DNA of 64,000 nt from Eledone cirrhosa (taxonomy: Eukaryota), in the NCBI GenBank assembly GCA_964016885.1, contig OZ024740.1, positions 7,440,001 through 7,504,000 of the forward strand, read 5' to 3'. Below are positions 24,171-39,100 of the stretch, in pieces. A model generated the notes under the pieces. It did no database searches. It was not told the origin of the DNA and saw only the letters and a list, made by a program, of their open reading frames with translations. The translations under genes were made by a program, and so were the position numbers. Numbering within the stretch: position 1 is the first letter of the stretch; each line of letters opens with the position of its first letter.

Positions 24171-27100
24171 CTATTGGTATGACAGTTTCGATTGGTATAT
24201 CAGTTTCGATTGGTAATTTAGTTTCGATTGGTATATCAGTTTCTATTGGTATATCAGTTTCTATTGGTACGACAGTTTCGATTGGTATATCAGTTTCGAT
24301 TTGTATGTCAGTTTGGATAGGTATGTCAGTTTCGATTGGTATGTCAGTTTCGATTGGTATGTCAATTTCGATTGGTATATCTGTTTCGATTGGTATATCA
24401 GTTTCGATTGGTATGTCAGTTTGGATAGGTATGTCAGTTTAGATTGGTATGTCAGTTTCGATTGGTAAGTCAGTTTCGATTGGTATGTCAATTTCGATTG
24501 GTATATCAGTTTAAATTGGTATGTCAGTTTCGATTGGTATATCAGTTTCGATTGGTATATCAGTTTTGATTAGTATGTCAGTTTCTATTGGTATGTCAGT
24601 TTCGATTAGTAGATCTGTTTCTATTGATATGTCAGTTTCGATTGGTATGTCAGATTCTATTAGTATATCAGTTTCGATTGGTATATCAGTTTCGATTGGT
24701 ATGTCAGTTTCGATTGGTATATCAGTTTCTATAGGTATGTCAGTTTCTATTAGTATATCAGTTTCGATTGGTATATCAGTTTCGTTTGGTATGTCAGTTT
24801 CGATTGGTATACCAGTTTCTATTGGTATGTCAGTTTCGATTGGTATGTCAATTTCGATTGGTATATCAGTTTCGATTAGTATGTCAGTTTCTATTGGTAT
24901 GTCAGTTTCGATTAGTATATCAGTTTAGATTGGTATATCAGTTTCTATTGGTATAACAGTTTCGATTGGTATATCAGTTTCGATTGGTATATGAGTTTCG
25001 ATTGGTATATCAGTGTCTATTGGTATATCAGTTTCTATTGGTATGACAGTTTCGATTGGTATATCAGTTTCGATTGGTATGTCAGTTTGGATAGGTATGT
25101 CAGTTTCGATTGGTATGTCAGTTTCGATTGGTATGTCAATTTCGATTGGTATATCAGTTTCGATTGGTATGTCAGTTTCGATTGGTATGTCAGTTTGGAT
25201 AGGTATGTCAGTTTAGATTGGTATGTCAGTTTCGATTGGTAAGTCAGATTCTATTAGTATATCAGTTTCGATTGGTATATCAGTTTCGATTTGTATGTCA
25301 GTTTCGATTGGTATATCAGTTTCTATTGGTATGTCAGTTTTGATTGGTATAGCAGTTTCTATTGGTATGTCAGTTTCGATTGGTATGTCAGTTTCTATTG
25401 GTAAATCAGTTTCGATTGGTATGTCAGTTTCTATTGGTATGTCAGTTTCGATTATTATATCAGTTATTATTGGTATGTCAGTTTTGATTGGTATGTCAGT
25501 TTCTATTGGTATATCTGTTTCGATTGGTATGTCAGTTTCGATTAGTATATCAGTTTCTATAGCTATGTGAGTTTCTATTAGTATATCAGTTTCGATTGGT
25601 ATATCAGTTTCGATTGATATGTCAGTTTCGATTGGTATATCAGTTTCTATTGGTATATCAGTTTAGATTCATATATCAGTTTCGATTAGTATGTCAGTTT
25701 CTATTGGTATATCAGTTTCGATTGTTATATCAATTTCAATTAGTATATCAGTTTCTATTGGTACGTTAGTTTCTATTGGTATATCAGTTTCGATAGGTAT
25801 ATTAGTTTCGTTTGGTATGTCAGTTTCGGTTGGTATATCAGTTTCTATTGCTATATCTGTTTCTATTGTTATGTCAGTTTCGATTGATACGTCAGTTTCT
25901 ATTGGTATATCAGTTTCGATTATTATATCAGTTACTATTGGTATGTCAGTTTTGATTGGTATGTCAGTTTCGATTGGTATATCTGTTTCGATTGGTATGT
26001 CAGTTTCGATGAGTATATCAGTTTCTATAGGTATGTCAGTTTCTATTAGTATATCAGTTTCGATTGGTATATCAATTTTGATTGGTATGTCAGTTTCGAT
26101 TGGTATATCAGATTCTATTGGTATGTCAGTTTCGATTGGTATGTCAATTTCGATTGGTATATCAGTTTCGATTTGTATGTCAGTTTCTATTGGTATGTCA
26201 GTTTCGATTAGTATATCAGTTTAGATTGGTATATCAGTTTCTATTGGTATGACAGTTTCGATTGGTATATCAGTTTCGATTGGTATATGAGTTTCGATTG
26301 GTATATCAGTGTCTATTGGTATATCAGTTTCTATTGGTATGACAGTTTCGATTGGTATATCAGTTTCGATTAGTATGTCAGTTTGGATAGGTATGTCAGT
26401 TTCGATTGGTATGTCAGTTTCCATTGGTATGTCAATTTCGATTGGTATATCAGTTTCGATTGGTATATCAGTTTCGATTGGTATGTCAGTTTGGATAGGT
26501 ATGTCAGTTTCGATTGGTATATCAGTTTCGATTGGTATATCAGTTTCGATTGGTATATCAGTTTTGATTAGTATGTCAGTTTCTATTGGTATGTCAGTTT
26601 CGATTAGTAGATCTGTTTCTATTGATATGTCAGTTTCGATTGGTATGTCAGATTCTATTAGTATATCAGTTTCGACTGGTATATCAGTTTCGATTGGTAT
26701 GTCAGTTTCGATTGGTATATCAGTTTCTATAGGTATGTCAGTTTCTATTAGTATATCAGTTTCGATTGGTATATCAGTTTCGATTGGTATGTCAGTTTCG
26801 ATTGGTATATCAGTTTCTATTGCTATATCTGTTTCTATTGTTATGTCAGTTTCGATTGGTATGTCAATTTCTATTGGTATGTCAGTTTCGATTGGTATGT
26901 CAGTTTCGATTGGTATGTCAGTTTGGATAGGTATGTCAGTTTCGATTGGTATGTCAGTTTCGATTGGTATGTCAATTTCGATTGGTTTATCAGTTTCAAT
27001 TGGTATATCAGTTTCGATTGGTATGTCAGTTTGGATAGGTATGTCAGTTTCGATTGGTATGTCAGTTTCGATTGGTATAGCAGTTTCTATTGGTATGTCA

Positions 27101-30100
27101 GTTTCGATTGGTATGTCAGTTTCTATTGGTATATCAGTTTCGATTGGTATGTCAGTTTCTATTGGTATGTCAGTTTCGATTATTATATCAGTTACTATTG
27201 GTATGTCAGTTTTCATTGGTATGTCAGTTTCGATTGGTATATCAGTTTCTATTGGTATGTCAGTTTCGATTGGTATGTCAATTTCGATTGGTATATCAGT
27301 TTCGATTAGTATGTCAGTTTCTATTGGTATGTCAGTTTCGATTAGTATATCAGTTTAGATTGGTATATCAGTTTCTATTGGTATGACAGTTTCGATTGGT
27401 ATATCAGTTTCGATTGGTATATGAGTTTCGATTGGTATATCAGTGTCTATTGGTATATCAGTTTCTATTGGTATGACAGTTTCGATTGGTATATCAGTTT
27501 TGATTGGTATGTCAGTTTCGATTGGTATATCAGTTTCTATTGGTATGTCAGTTTCGATTGGTATATCAGTTTCGATTGGTATGTCAATTTCGATTGGTAT
27601 ATCAGTTTCGATTGGTATATCAGTTTCGATTGGTATGTCAGTTTGGATAGGTATGTCAGTTTAGATTGGTATGTCAGTTTCGATTGGTAAGTCAGTTTCG
27701 ATTGGTATGTCAATTTCGATTGGTATATCAGTTTCGATTGGTATGTCAGTTTCGATTGGTATATCAGTTTCGATTGGTATATCAGTTTCGATTAGTATGT
27801 CAGTTTCTATTAGTATGTCAGTTTCGATTAGTATATCTGTTTCTATTGATATGTCAGTTTCGATTGGTATGTCAGATTCTATTAGTATATCAGTTTCGAT
27901 TGGTATGTCAGTTTGGATAGGTATGTCAGTTTCGATTGGTATGTCAGTTTCGATTGGTATAGCAGTTTCTATTGGTATGTCAGTTTCGATTGCTATGTCA
28001 GTTTCTATTGGTATATCAGTTTCGATTGGTATGTCAGTTTCTATTGGTATGTCAGTTTCGATTATTATATCAGTTACTATTGGTATGTCAGTTTTGATTG
28101 GTATGTCAGCTTCTATTCGTATATCTGTTTCGATTGGTATGTCAGTTTCGATGAGTATATCAGTTTCTATAGGTATGTCAGTTTCTATTAGTATATCAGT
28201 TTCGATTGGTATATCAGTTTTGATTGGTATGTCAGTTTCGATTGGTATATCAGTTTCTATTGGTATGTCAGTTTCGATTGGTATGTCAATTTCGATTGGT
28301 ATATCAGTTTCGATTAGTATGTCAGTTTCTATTGGTATGTCAGTTTCGATTAGTATATCAGTTTAGATTGGTATATCAGTTTCTATTGGTATGACAGTTT
28401 CGAGTGGTATATCAGTTTCGATTGGTATATGAGTTTCGATTTGTATATCAGTGTCTATTGGTATATCAGTTTCTATTGGTATGACAGTTTCGATTGGTAT
28501 GTCAGTTTCGATTGGTATGTCAGTTTGGATAGGTATGTCAGTTTAGATTGGTATGTCAGTTTCGATTGGTAAGTCAGATTCTATTAGTATATCAGTTTCG
28601 ATTGGTATATCAGTTTCGATTGGTATGTCAGTTTTGATTGGTATAGCAGTTTCTATTGGTATGTCAGTTTCGATTGGTATGTCAGTTTCTATTGGTAAAT
28701 CAGTTTCGATTGGTATGTCAGTTTCTATTGGTATGTCAGTTTCGATGAGTATATCAGTTTCTATAGGTATGTCAGTTTCTATTAGTATATCAGTTTCGAT
28801 TGGTATATCAGTTTTGATTGGTATGTCAGTTTCGATTGGTATATCAGATTCTATTGGTATGTCAGTTTCGATTGGTATGTCAATTTCGATTGGTATATCA
28901 GTTTCGATTTGTATGTCAGTTTCTATAGGTATGTCAGTTTCGATTAGTATATCAGTTTAGATTGGTATATCAGTTTCTATTAGTATATCAGTTTCGATTG
29001 GTATATCAGTTTCGATTGATTTGTCAGTTTCGATTGGTATATCAGTTTCTATTGGTATATCAGTTTAGATTCATATATCAGTTTCGATTAGTATGTCAGT
29101 TTCTATTGGTATATCAGTTTCGATTGTTATATCAATTTCAATTAGTATATCAGTTTCTATTGGTACGTTAGTTTCTATTGGTATATCAGTTTCGATAGGT
29201 ATATTAGTTTCGTTTGGTATGTCAGTTTCGGTTGGTATATCAGTTTCTATTGCTATATCTGTTTCTATTGTTATGTCAGTTTCGATTGATACGTCAGTTT
29301 CTATTGGTATATCAGTTTCGATTATTATATCAGTTACTATTGGTATGTCAGTTTTGATTGGTATGTCAGTTTCGATTGGAATATCTGTTTCGATTGGTAT
29401 GTCAGTTTCGATGAGTATATCAGTTTCTATAGGTATGTCAGTTTCTATTAGTATATCAGTTTCGATTGGTATATCAATTTTGATTGGTATGTCAGTTTCG
29501 ATTGGTATATCAGATTCTATTGGTATGTCAGTTTCGATTGGTATGTCAATTTCGATTGGTATATCAGTTTCGATTTGTATGTCAGTTTCTATAGGTATGT
29601 CAGTTTCGATTAGTATATCAGTTTAGATTGGTATATCAGTTTCTATTGGTATGACAGTTTCGATTGGTATATCGGTTTTGATTGGTATTTTAGTTTCGAT
29701 TGGTATATCAGTTTCTATTGGTATATCAGTTTCTATTGGTATGACAGTTTCGATTGGTATATCAGTTTCGATTGGTATGTCAGTTTGGATAGGTATGTCA
29801 GTTTCGATTGGTATGTCAGTTTCGATTGGTATATCAGTTTCGATTGGTATATCAGTTTTGATTAGTATGTCAGTTTCTATTGGTATGTCAGTTTCGATTA
29901 GTGGATCTGTTTCTATTGATATGTCAGTTTCGATTGGTATGTCAGATTCTATTAGTATATCAGTTTCGATTGGTATATCAGTTTCGATTGGTATGTCAGT
30001 TTCGATTGGTATATCAGTTTCTATAGGTATGTCAGTTTCTATTAGTATATCAGTTTCGATTGGTATATCAGTTTCGTTTGGTATGTCAGTTTCGATTGGT

Positions 30101-32065
30101 ATATCAGTTTCTATTGCTATATCTGTTTCTATTGTTATGTCAGTTTCGATTGGTATGTCAATTTCTATTGGTATGTCAGTTTCGATTGGTATGTCAGTTT
30201 GGATAGGTATGTCAGTTTCGATTGGTATGTCAGTTTCGATTGGTATGTCAATTTCGATTGGTTTATCAGTTTCAATTGGTATATCAGTTTCGATTGGTAT
30301 GTCAGTTTGGATAGGTATGTCAGTGTCGATTGGTATGTCAGTTTCGATTGGTATAGCAGTTTCTATTGGTATGTCAGTTTCGATTGGTATGTCAGTTTCT
30401 ATTGGTATATCAGTTTCGATTGGTATGTCAGTTTCTATTGGTATGTCAGTTTCGATTATTATATCAGTTACTATTGGTATGTCAGTTTCGATTGGTATGT
30501 CAATTTCGATTGGTATATCAGTTTCGATTAGTATGTCAGTTTCTATTGGTATGTCAGTTTCGATTAGTATATCAGTTTAGATTGGTATATCAGTTTCTAT
30601 TGGTATGACAGTTTCGATTGGTATATCAGTTTCGATTGGTATATGAGTTTCGATTGGTATATCTGTGTCTATTGGTATATCAGTTTCTATTGGTATGACA
30701 GTTTCTATTGGTATATCAGTTTTGATTAGTATGTCAGTTTGGATAGGTATGTCAGTTTCGATTGGTATGTCAGTTTCGATTGGTATGTCAATTTCGATTG
30801 GTATATCAGTTTCGATTGGTATATCAGTTTCGATTGGTATGTCAGTTTGGATAGGTATGTCAGTTTCGATTGGTATATCAGTTTCGATTGGTATGTCAGT
30901 TTCGATTGGTATATCAGTTTAGATTGGTATATCAGTTTTGATTAGTATGTCAGTTTCTATTGGTATGTCAGTTTCGATTAGTGGATCTGTTTCTATTGAT
31001 ATGTCAGTTTCGATTGGTATGTCAGATTCTATTAGTATATCAGTTTCGATTGGTATATCAGTTTCGATTGGTATGTCAGTTTCGATTGGTATATCAGTTT
31101 CTATAGGTATGTCAGTTTCTATTAGTATATCAGTTTCGATTGGTATATCAGTTTCGTTTGGTATGTCAGTTTCGATTGGTATATCAGTTTCTATTGCTAT
31201 ATCTGTTTCTATTGTTATGTCAGTTTCGATTGGTATGTCAATTTCTATTGGTATGTCAGTTTCGATTGGTATGTCAGTTTCGATTGGTATGTCAGTTTGG
31301 ATAGGTATGTCAGTTTCGATTGGTATGTCAGTTTCGATTGGTATGTCAATTTCGATTGGTTTATCAGTTTCAATTGGTATATCAGTTTCGATTGGTATGT
31401 CAGTTTGGATAGGTATGTCAGTTTCGATTGGTATGTCAGTTTCGATTGGTATAGCAGTTTCTATTGGTATGTCAGTTTCGATTGGTATGTCAGTTTCTAT
31501 TGGTATATCAGTTTCGATTGGTATGTCAGTTTCTATTGGTATGTCAGTTTCGATTATTATATCAGTTACTATTGGTATGTCAGTTTTGATTGGTATGTCA
31601 GTTTCGATTGGTATATCAGTTTCTATTGGTATGTCAGTTTCGATTGGTATGTCAATTTCGATTGGTATATCAGTTTCGATTAGTATGTCAGTTTCTATTG
31701 GTATGTCAGTTTCAATTAGTATATCAGTTTAGATTGGTATATCAGTTTCTATTGGTATGACAGTTTCGATTGGTATATCAGTTTCGATTGGTATATGAGT
31801 TTCGATTGGTATATCAGTGTCTATTGGTATATCAGTTTCTATTGGTATGACAGTTTCGATTGGTATATCAGTTTCGATTAGTATGTCAGTTTGGATAGGT
31901 ATGTCAGTTTCGATTGGTATGTCAGTTTCGATTGGTATGTCAATTTGGATTGGTATATCAGTTTCGATTGGTATATCAGTTTCGATTGCTATGTCAGTTT
32001 GGATAGGTATGTCAGTTTCGATTGGTATATCAGTTTCGATTGGTATGTCAGTTTCGATTGGTATA

Positions 32066-35000
32066 TCAGTTTCGATTGGTATATCAGTTTTGATTAGTAT
32101 GTCAGTTTCTATTGGTATGTCAGTTTCGATTAGTAGATCTGTTTCTATTGATATGTCAGTTTCGATTGGTATGTCAGATTCTATTAGTATATCAGTTTCG
32201 ATTGGTATATCAGTTTCGATTGGAATGTCAGTTTCGATTGGTATATCAGTTTCTATAGGTATGTCAGTTTCTATTAGTATATCAGTTTCGATTGGTATAT
32301 CAGTTTCGTTTGGTATGTCAGTTTCGATTGGTATATCAGTTTCTATTGCTATATCTGTTTCTATTGTTATGTCAGTTTCGATTGGTATGTCAATTTCTAT
32401 TGGTATGTCAGTTTCGATTGGTATGTCAGTTTCGATTGGTATGTCAGTTTGGATAGGTATGTCAGTTTCGATTGGTATGTCAGTTTCGATTGGTATGTCA
32501 ATTTCGATTGGTTTATCAGTTTCAATTGGTATATCAGTTTCGATTGGTATGTCAGTTTGGATAGGTATGTCAGTTTCGATTGGTATGTCAGTTTCGATTG
32601 GTATAGCAGTTTCTATTGGTATGTCAGTTTCGATTGGTATGTCAGTTTCTATTGGTATATCAGTTTCGATTGGTATGTCAGTTTCTATTGGTATGTCAGT
32701 TTCGATTATTATATCAGTTACTATTGGTATGTCAGTTTTGATTGGTATGTCAGTTTCGATTGGTATATCAGTTTCTATTGGTATGTCAGTTTCGATTGGT
32801 ATGTCAATTTCGATTGGTATATCAGTTTCGATTAGTATGTCAGTTTCTATTGGTATGTCAGTTTCGATTAGTATATCAGTTTAGATTGGTATATCAGTTT
32901 CTATTGGTATGACAGTTTCGATTGGTATATCAGTTTCGATTGGTATATGAGTTTCGATTGGTATATCAGTGTCTATTGGTATATCAGTTTCTATTGGTAT
33001 GACAGTTTCGATTGGTATATCAGTTTCGATTAGTATGTCAGTTTGGATAGGTATGTCAGTTTTGATTGGTATGTCAGTTTCGATTGGTATGTCAATTTCG
33101 ATTGGTATATCAGTTTCGATTGGTATGTCAGTTTGGATAGGTATGTCAGTTTAGATTGGTATGTCAGTTTCGATTGGTAAGTCAGTTTCGATTGGTATGT
33201 CAATTTCGATTGGTATATCAGTTTCGATTGGTATGTCAGTTTCGATTGGTATATCAGTTTCGATTGGTATATCAGTTTCGATTAGTATGTCAGTTTCTAT
33301 TGGTATGTCAGTTTCGATTAGTATATCTGTTTCTATTGATATGTCAGTTTCGATTGGTATGTCAGATTCTATTAGTATATCAGTTTCGATTGGTATGTCA
33401 GTTTGGATAGGTATGTCAGTTTCGATTGGTATGTCAGTTTCGATTGGTATAGCAGTTTCTATTGGTATGTCAGTTTCGATTGGTATGTCAGTTTCTATTG
33501 GTATATCAGTTTCGATTGGTATGTCAGTTTCTATTGGTATGTCAGTTTCGATTATTATATCAGTTACTATTGGTATGTCAGTTTTGATTGGTATGTCAGC
33601 TTCTATTCGTATATCTGTTTCGATTGGTATGTCAGTTTTGATGAGTATATCAGTTTCTATAGGTATGTCAGTTTCTATTAGTATATCAGTTTCGATTGGT
33701 ATATCAGTTTTGATTGGTATGTCAGTTTCGATTGGTATATCAGTTTCTATTGGTATGTCAGTTTCGATTGGTATGTCAGTTTCGATTGGTATATCAGTTT
33801 TGATTAGTATGTCAGTTTCTATTGGTATGTCAGTTTCGATTAGTAGATCTGTTTCTATTGATATGTCAGTTTCGATTGGTATGTCAGATTCTATTAGTAT
33901 ATCAGTTTCGATTGGTATATCAGTTTCGATTGGAATGTCAGTTTCGATTGGTATATCAGTTTCTATAGGTATGTCAGTTTCTATTAGTATATCAGTTTCG
34001 ATTGGTATATCAGTTTCGTTTGGTATGTCAGTTTCGATTGGTATATCAGTTTCTATTGCTATATCTGTTTCTATTGTTATGTCAGTTTCGATTGGTATGT
34101 CAATTTCTATTGGTATGTCAGTTTCGATTGGTATGTCAGTTTCGATTGGTATGTCAGTTTGGATAGGTATGTCAGTTTCGATTGGTATGTCAGTTTCGAT
34201 TGGTATGTCAATTTCGATTGGTTTATCAGTTTCAATTGGTATATCAGTTTCGATTGGTATGTCAGTTTGGATAGGTATGTCAGTTTCGATTGGTATGTCA
34301 GTTTCGATTGGTATAGCAGTTTCTATTGGTATGTCAGTTTCGATTGGTATGTCAGTTTCTATTGGTATATCAGTTTCGATTGGTATGTCAGTTTCTATTG
34401 GTATGTCAGTTTCGATTATTATATCAGTTACTATTGGTATGTCAGTTTTGATTGGTATGTCAGTTTCGATTGGTATATCAGTTTCTATTGGTATGTCAGT
34501 TTCGATTGGTATGTCAATTTCGATTGGTATATCAGTTTCGATTAGTATGTCAGTTTCTATTGGTATGTCAGTTTCGATTAGTATATCAGTTTAGATTGGT
34601 ATATCAGTTTCTATTGGTATGACAGTTTCGATTGGTATATCAGTTTCGATTGGTATATGAGTTTCGATTGGTATATCAGTGTCTATTGGTATATCAGTTT
34701 CTATTGGTATGACAGTTTCGATTGGTATATCAGTTTCGATTAGTATGTCAGTTTGGATAGGTATGTCAGTTTTGATTGGTATGTCAGTTTCGATTGGTAT
34801 GTCAATTTCGATTGGTATATCAGTTTCGATTGGTATGTCAGTTTGGATAGGTATGTCAGTTTAGATTGGTATGTCAGTTTCGATTGGTAAGTCAGTTTCG
34901 ATTGGTATGTCAATTTCGATTGGTATATCAGTTTCGATTGGTATGTCAGTTTCGATTGGTATATCAGTTTCGATTGGTATATCAGTTTCGATTAGTATGT

Positions 35001-35488
35001 CAGTTTCTATTGGTATGTCAGTTTCGATTAGTATATCTGTTTCTATTGATATGTCAGTTTCGATTGGTATGTCAGATTCTATTAGTATATCAGTTTCGAT
35101 TGGTATGTCAGTTTGGATAGGTATGTCAGTTTCGATTGGTATGTCAGTTTCGATTGGTATAGCAGTTTCTATTGGTATGTCAGTTTCGATTGGTATGTCA
35201 GTTTCTATTGGTATATCAGTTTCGATTGGTATGTCAGTTTCTATTGGTATGTCAGTTTCGATTATTATATCAGTTACTATTGGTATGTCAGTTTTGATTG
35301 GTATGTCAGCTTCTATTCGTATATCTGTTTCGATTGGTATGTCAGTTTTGATGAGTATATCAGTTTCTATAGGTATGTCAGTTTCTATTAGTATATCAGT
35401 TTCGATTGGTATATCAGTTTTGATTGGTATGTCAGTTTCGATTGGTATATCAGTTTCTATTGGTATGTCAGTTTCGATTGGTATGTCA
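32066..35488 (+). repeat. Tandem duplication of a 1710-bp (95-monomer) satellite block
   Basis: Pseudo-ORFs at 32449/34159, 32969/34679 and 33403/35113 are all offset by 1710. The private variant TGGAATGTCA occurs at 32221 and 33931. Confidence 0.82.
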
Positions 35489-36145
35489 ATTTCGATTGGT
35501 ATATCAGTTTCGATTAGTATGTCAGTTTCTATTGGTATGTCAGTTTCGATTAGTATATCAGTTTAGATTGGTATATCAGTTTCTATTGGTATGACAGTTT
35601 CGAGTGGTATATCAGTTTCGATTGGTATATGAGTTTCGATTTGTATATCAGTGTCTATTGGTATATCAGTTTCTATTGGTATGACAGTTTCGATTGGTAT
35701 ATCAGTTTCGATTGGTATGTCAGTTTGGATAGGTATGTCAGTTTCGATTGGTATGTCAGTTTCGATTGGTATGTCAATTTCGATTGGTATATCAGTTTCG
35801 ATTGATATGTCAGTTTCGATTGGTATGTCAGTTTGGATAGGTATGTCAGTTTAGATTGGTATGTCAGTTTCGATTGGTATGTCAGTTTCGATTGGTATAT
35901 CAGTTTCTATTGGTATGTCAGTTTTGATTGGTAAAGCAGTTTCTATTGGTATGTCAGTTTCGATTGGTATGTCAGTTTCTATTGGTAAATCAGTTTCGAT
36001 TGGTATGTCAGTTTCTATTGGTATGTCAGTTTCGATTATTATATCAGTTACTATTGGTATGTCAGTTTTGATTGGTATGTCAGTTTCTATTGGTATATCT
36101 GTTTCGATTGGTATGTCAGTTTCGATTAGTATATCAGTTTCTATA

Positions 36146-39100
36146 GGTATGTCAGTTTCTATTAGTATATCAGTTTCGATTGGTATATCAGTTTCGATTG
36201 ATATGTTAGTTTCAATTGGTATATCAGTTTAGATTCATATATCAGGTTCGATTAGTATGTCAGTTTCTATTGGTATAACAGTTTCGATTGTTATATCAAT
36301 TTCAATTAGTATATCAGTTTCTATTGGTACGTTAGTTTCTATTGGTATATCAGTTTCGATAGGTATATCAGTTTCGTTTGGTATGTCAGTTTCGGTTGGT
36401 ATATCAGTTTCTATTGCTATATCTGTTTCTATTGTTATCTCAGTTTCGATTGATATGTCAGTTTCTATTGGTATATCAGTTTCGATTATTATATCAGTTA
36501 CTATTGGTATGTCAGTTTTGATTGGTATGTCAGTTTCGATTGGTATATCTGTTTCGATTGGTATGTCAGTTTCGATGAGTATATCAGTTTCTATAGGTAT
36601 GTCAGTTTCTATTAGTATATCAGTTTCGATTGGTATATCAGTTTTGATTGGTATGTCAGTTTCGATTGGTATATCAGATTCTATTGGTATGTCAGTTTCG
36701 ATTGGTATGTCAATTTCGATTGGTATATCAGTTTCGATTTGTATGTCAGTTTCTATAGGTATGTCAGTTTCGATTAGTATATCAGTTTAGATTGGTATAT
36801 CAGTTTCTATTGGTATGACAGTTTCGATTGGTATATCAGTTACGATTTGTATGTCAGTTTGGATAGGTATGTCAGTTTCGATTGGTAAGTCAGTTTCGAT
36901 TGGTATGTCAATTTCGATTGGTATATCAGTTTCGATTGGTATGTCAGTTTCGATTGGTATATCAGTTTCGATTGGTATATCAGTTTTGATTAGTATGTCA
37001 GTTTCTATTGGTATGTCAGTTTCGATTAGTAGATCTGTTTCTATTGATATGTCAGTTTCGATTGGTATGTCAGATTCTATTAGTATATCAGTTTCGATTG
37101 GTATATCAGTTTCGATTGGTATGTCAGTTTCGATTGGTATATCAGTTTCTATAGGTATGTCAGTTTCTATTAGTATATCAGTTTCGATTGGTATATCAGT
37201 TTCGTTTGGTATGTCAGTTTCGATTGGTATATCAGTTTCTATTGCTATATCTGTTTCTATTGTTATGTCAGTTTCGATTGGTATGTCAATTTCTATTGGT
37301 ATGTCAGTTTCGATTGGTATGTCAGTTTCGATTGGTATGTCAGTTTGGATAGGTATGTCAGTTTCGATTGGTATGTCAGTTTCGATTGGTATGTCAATTT
37401 CGATTGGTTTATCAGTTTCAATTGGTATATCAGTTTCGATTGGTATGTCAGTTTGGATAGGTATGTCAGTTTCGATTGGTATGTCAGTTTCGATTGGTAT
37501 GTCAGTTTCTATTGGTATATCAGTTTCGATTGGTATGTCAGTTTCTATTGGTATGTCAGTTTCGATTATTATATCAGTTACTATTGGTATGTCAGTTTTG
37601 ATTGGTATGTCAGTTTCTATTCGTATATCTGTTTCGATTGGTATGTCAGTTTCGATGAGTACATCAGTTTCTATAGGTATGTCAGTTTCTATTAGTATAT
37701 CAGTTTCGTTGGTATATCAGTTTTGATTGGTATGTCAGTTTTGATTGGTATATCAGTTTCTATTGGCATGTCAGTTTCGATTGGTATGTCAATTTCTATT
37801 GGTATATCAGTTTCGATTAGTATGTCAGTTTCTATTGGTATGTCAGTTTCGATTAGTATATGAGTTTAGATTGGTATATCAGTTTCTATTGGTATGACAG
37901 TTTCGATTGGTATATCAGTTTCGATTGGTATATGAGTTTCGATTGGTATATCAGTGTCTATTGGTATATCAGTTTCTATTGGTATATCAGTTTCGATTAG
38001 TATGTCAGTTTGGATAGGTATGTCAGTTTCGATTGGTATGTTAGTTTCGATAGGTATGTCAATTTCGATTGGTATATCAGTTTCGATTGGTATATAAGTT
38101 TCGATTGGTATGTCAGTTTGGATAGGTATGTCAGTTTGGATAGGTATGTCAGTTTAGATTGGTATGTCAATTTCGATTGGTATATCAGTTTCGATTGGTA
38201 TGTCAGTTTCGATTGGTATATCAGTTTCGATTGGTATATCAGTTTCGATTAGTATGTCTGTTTCTATTGGTATGTCAGTTTCGATTAGTATATCTGTTTC
38301 TATTGATATGTCAGTTTCGATTGGTATGTCAGATTCTATTCGTATATCAGTTTCGATTGGTATGTCAGTTTCGATTGGTATATCAGTTTCTATTGGTATG
38401 TCAGTTTTGATTGGTATAGCAGTTTCTATTGGTATGTCAGTTTCGATTGGTATGTCAGTTTCTATTGGTATATCAGTTTCGATTGGTATGTCAGTTTCTA
38501 TTGGTATGTCAGTTTCGATTATTATATCAGTTACTATTGGTATGTCAGTTTTGATTGGTATGTCAGTTTCTATTGGTATATCTGTTTCGATTGGTATGTC
38601 AGTTTCTATTAGTATATCAGTTTCTATAGGTATGTCAGTTTCTATTAGTATATCAGTTTCGATTGGTATGTCAGTTTCGATTGGTATAGTAGTCTCTATT
38701 GGTATATCAGTTTAGATTCATATATCAGTTTCGATTAGTATGTCAGTTTCGATTGGTATGTCAGTTTTGATTGGTATGTCAGTTTCTATTGGTATATCAG
38801 TTTCGATTGGTATGTCAGTTTCTATTGGAAAGTCAGTTTCGATTATTATATCAGTTACTATTGGTATGTCAGTTTTGATTGGTATGTCAGTTTCTATTGG
38901 TATATCTGTTTCGATTGGTATGTCAGTTTCGATTAGTATATCAGTTTCTATAGGTATGTCAGTTTCTATTAGTATATCAGTTTCTATTGGTATATCTGTT
39001 TCAATTGGTATATCAGTTTCGATTGGTATGTCAGTTTCGATTGGTATATCAGTTTCTATTGGTAAATCAGTTTAGATTCATATATCAGTTTCGATTAGTA

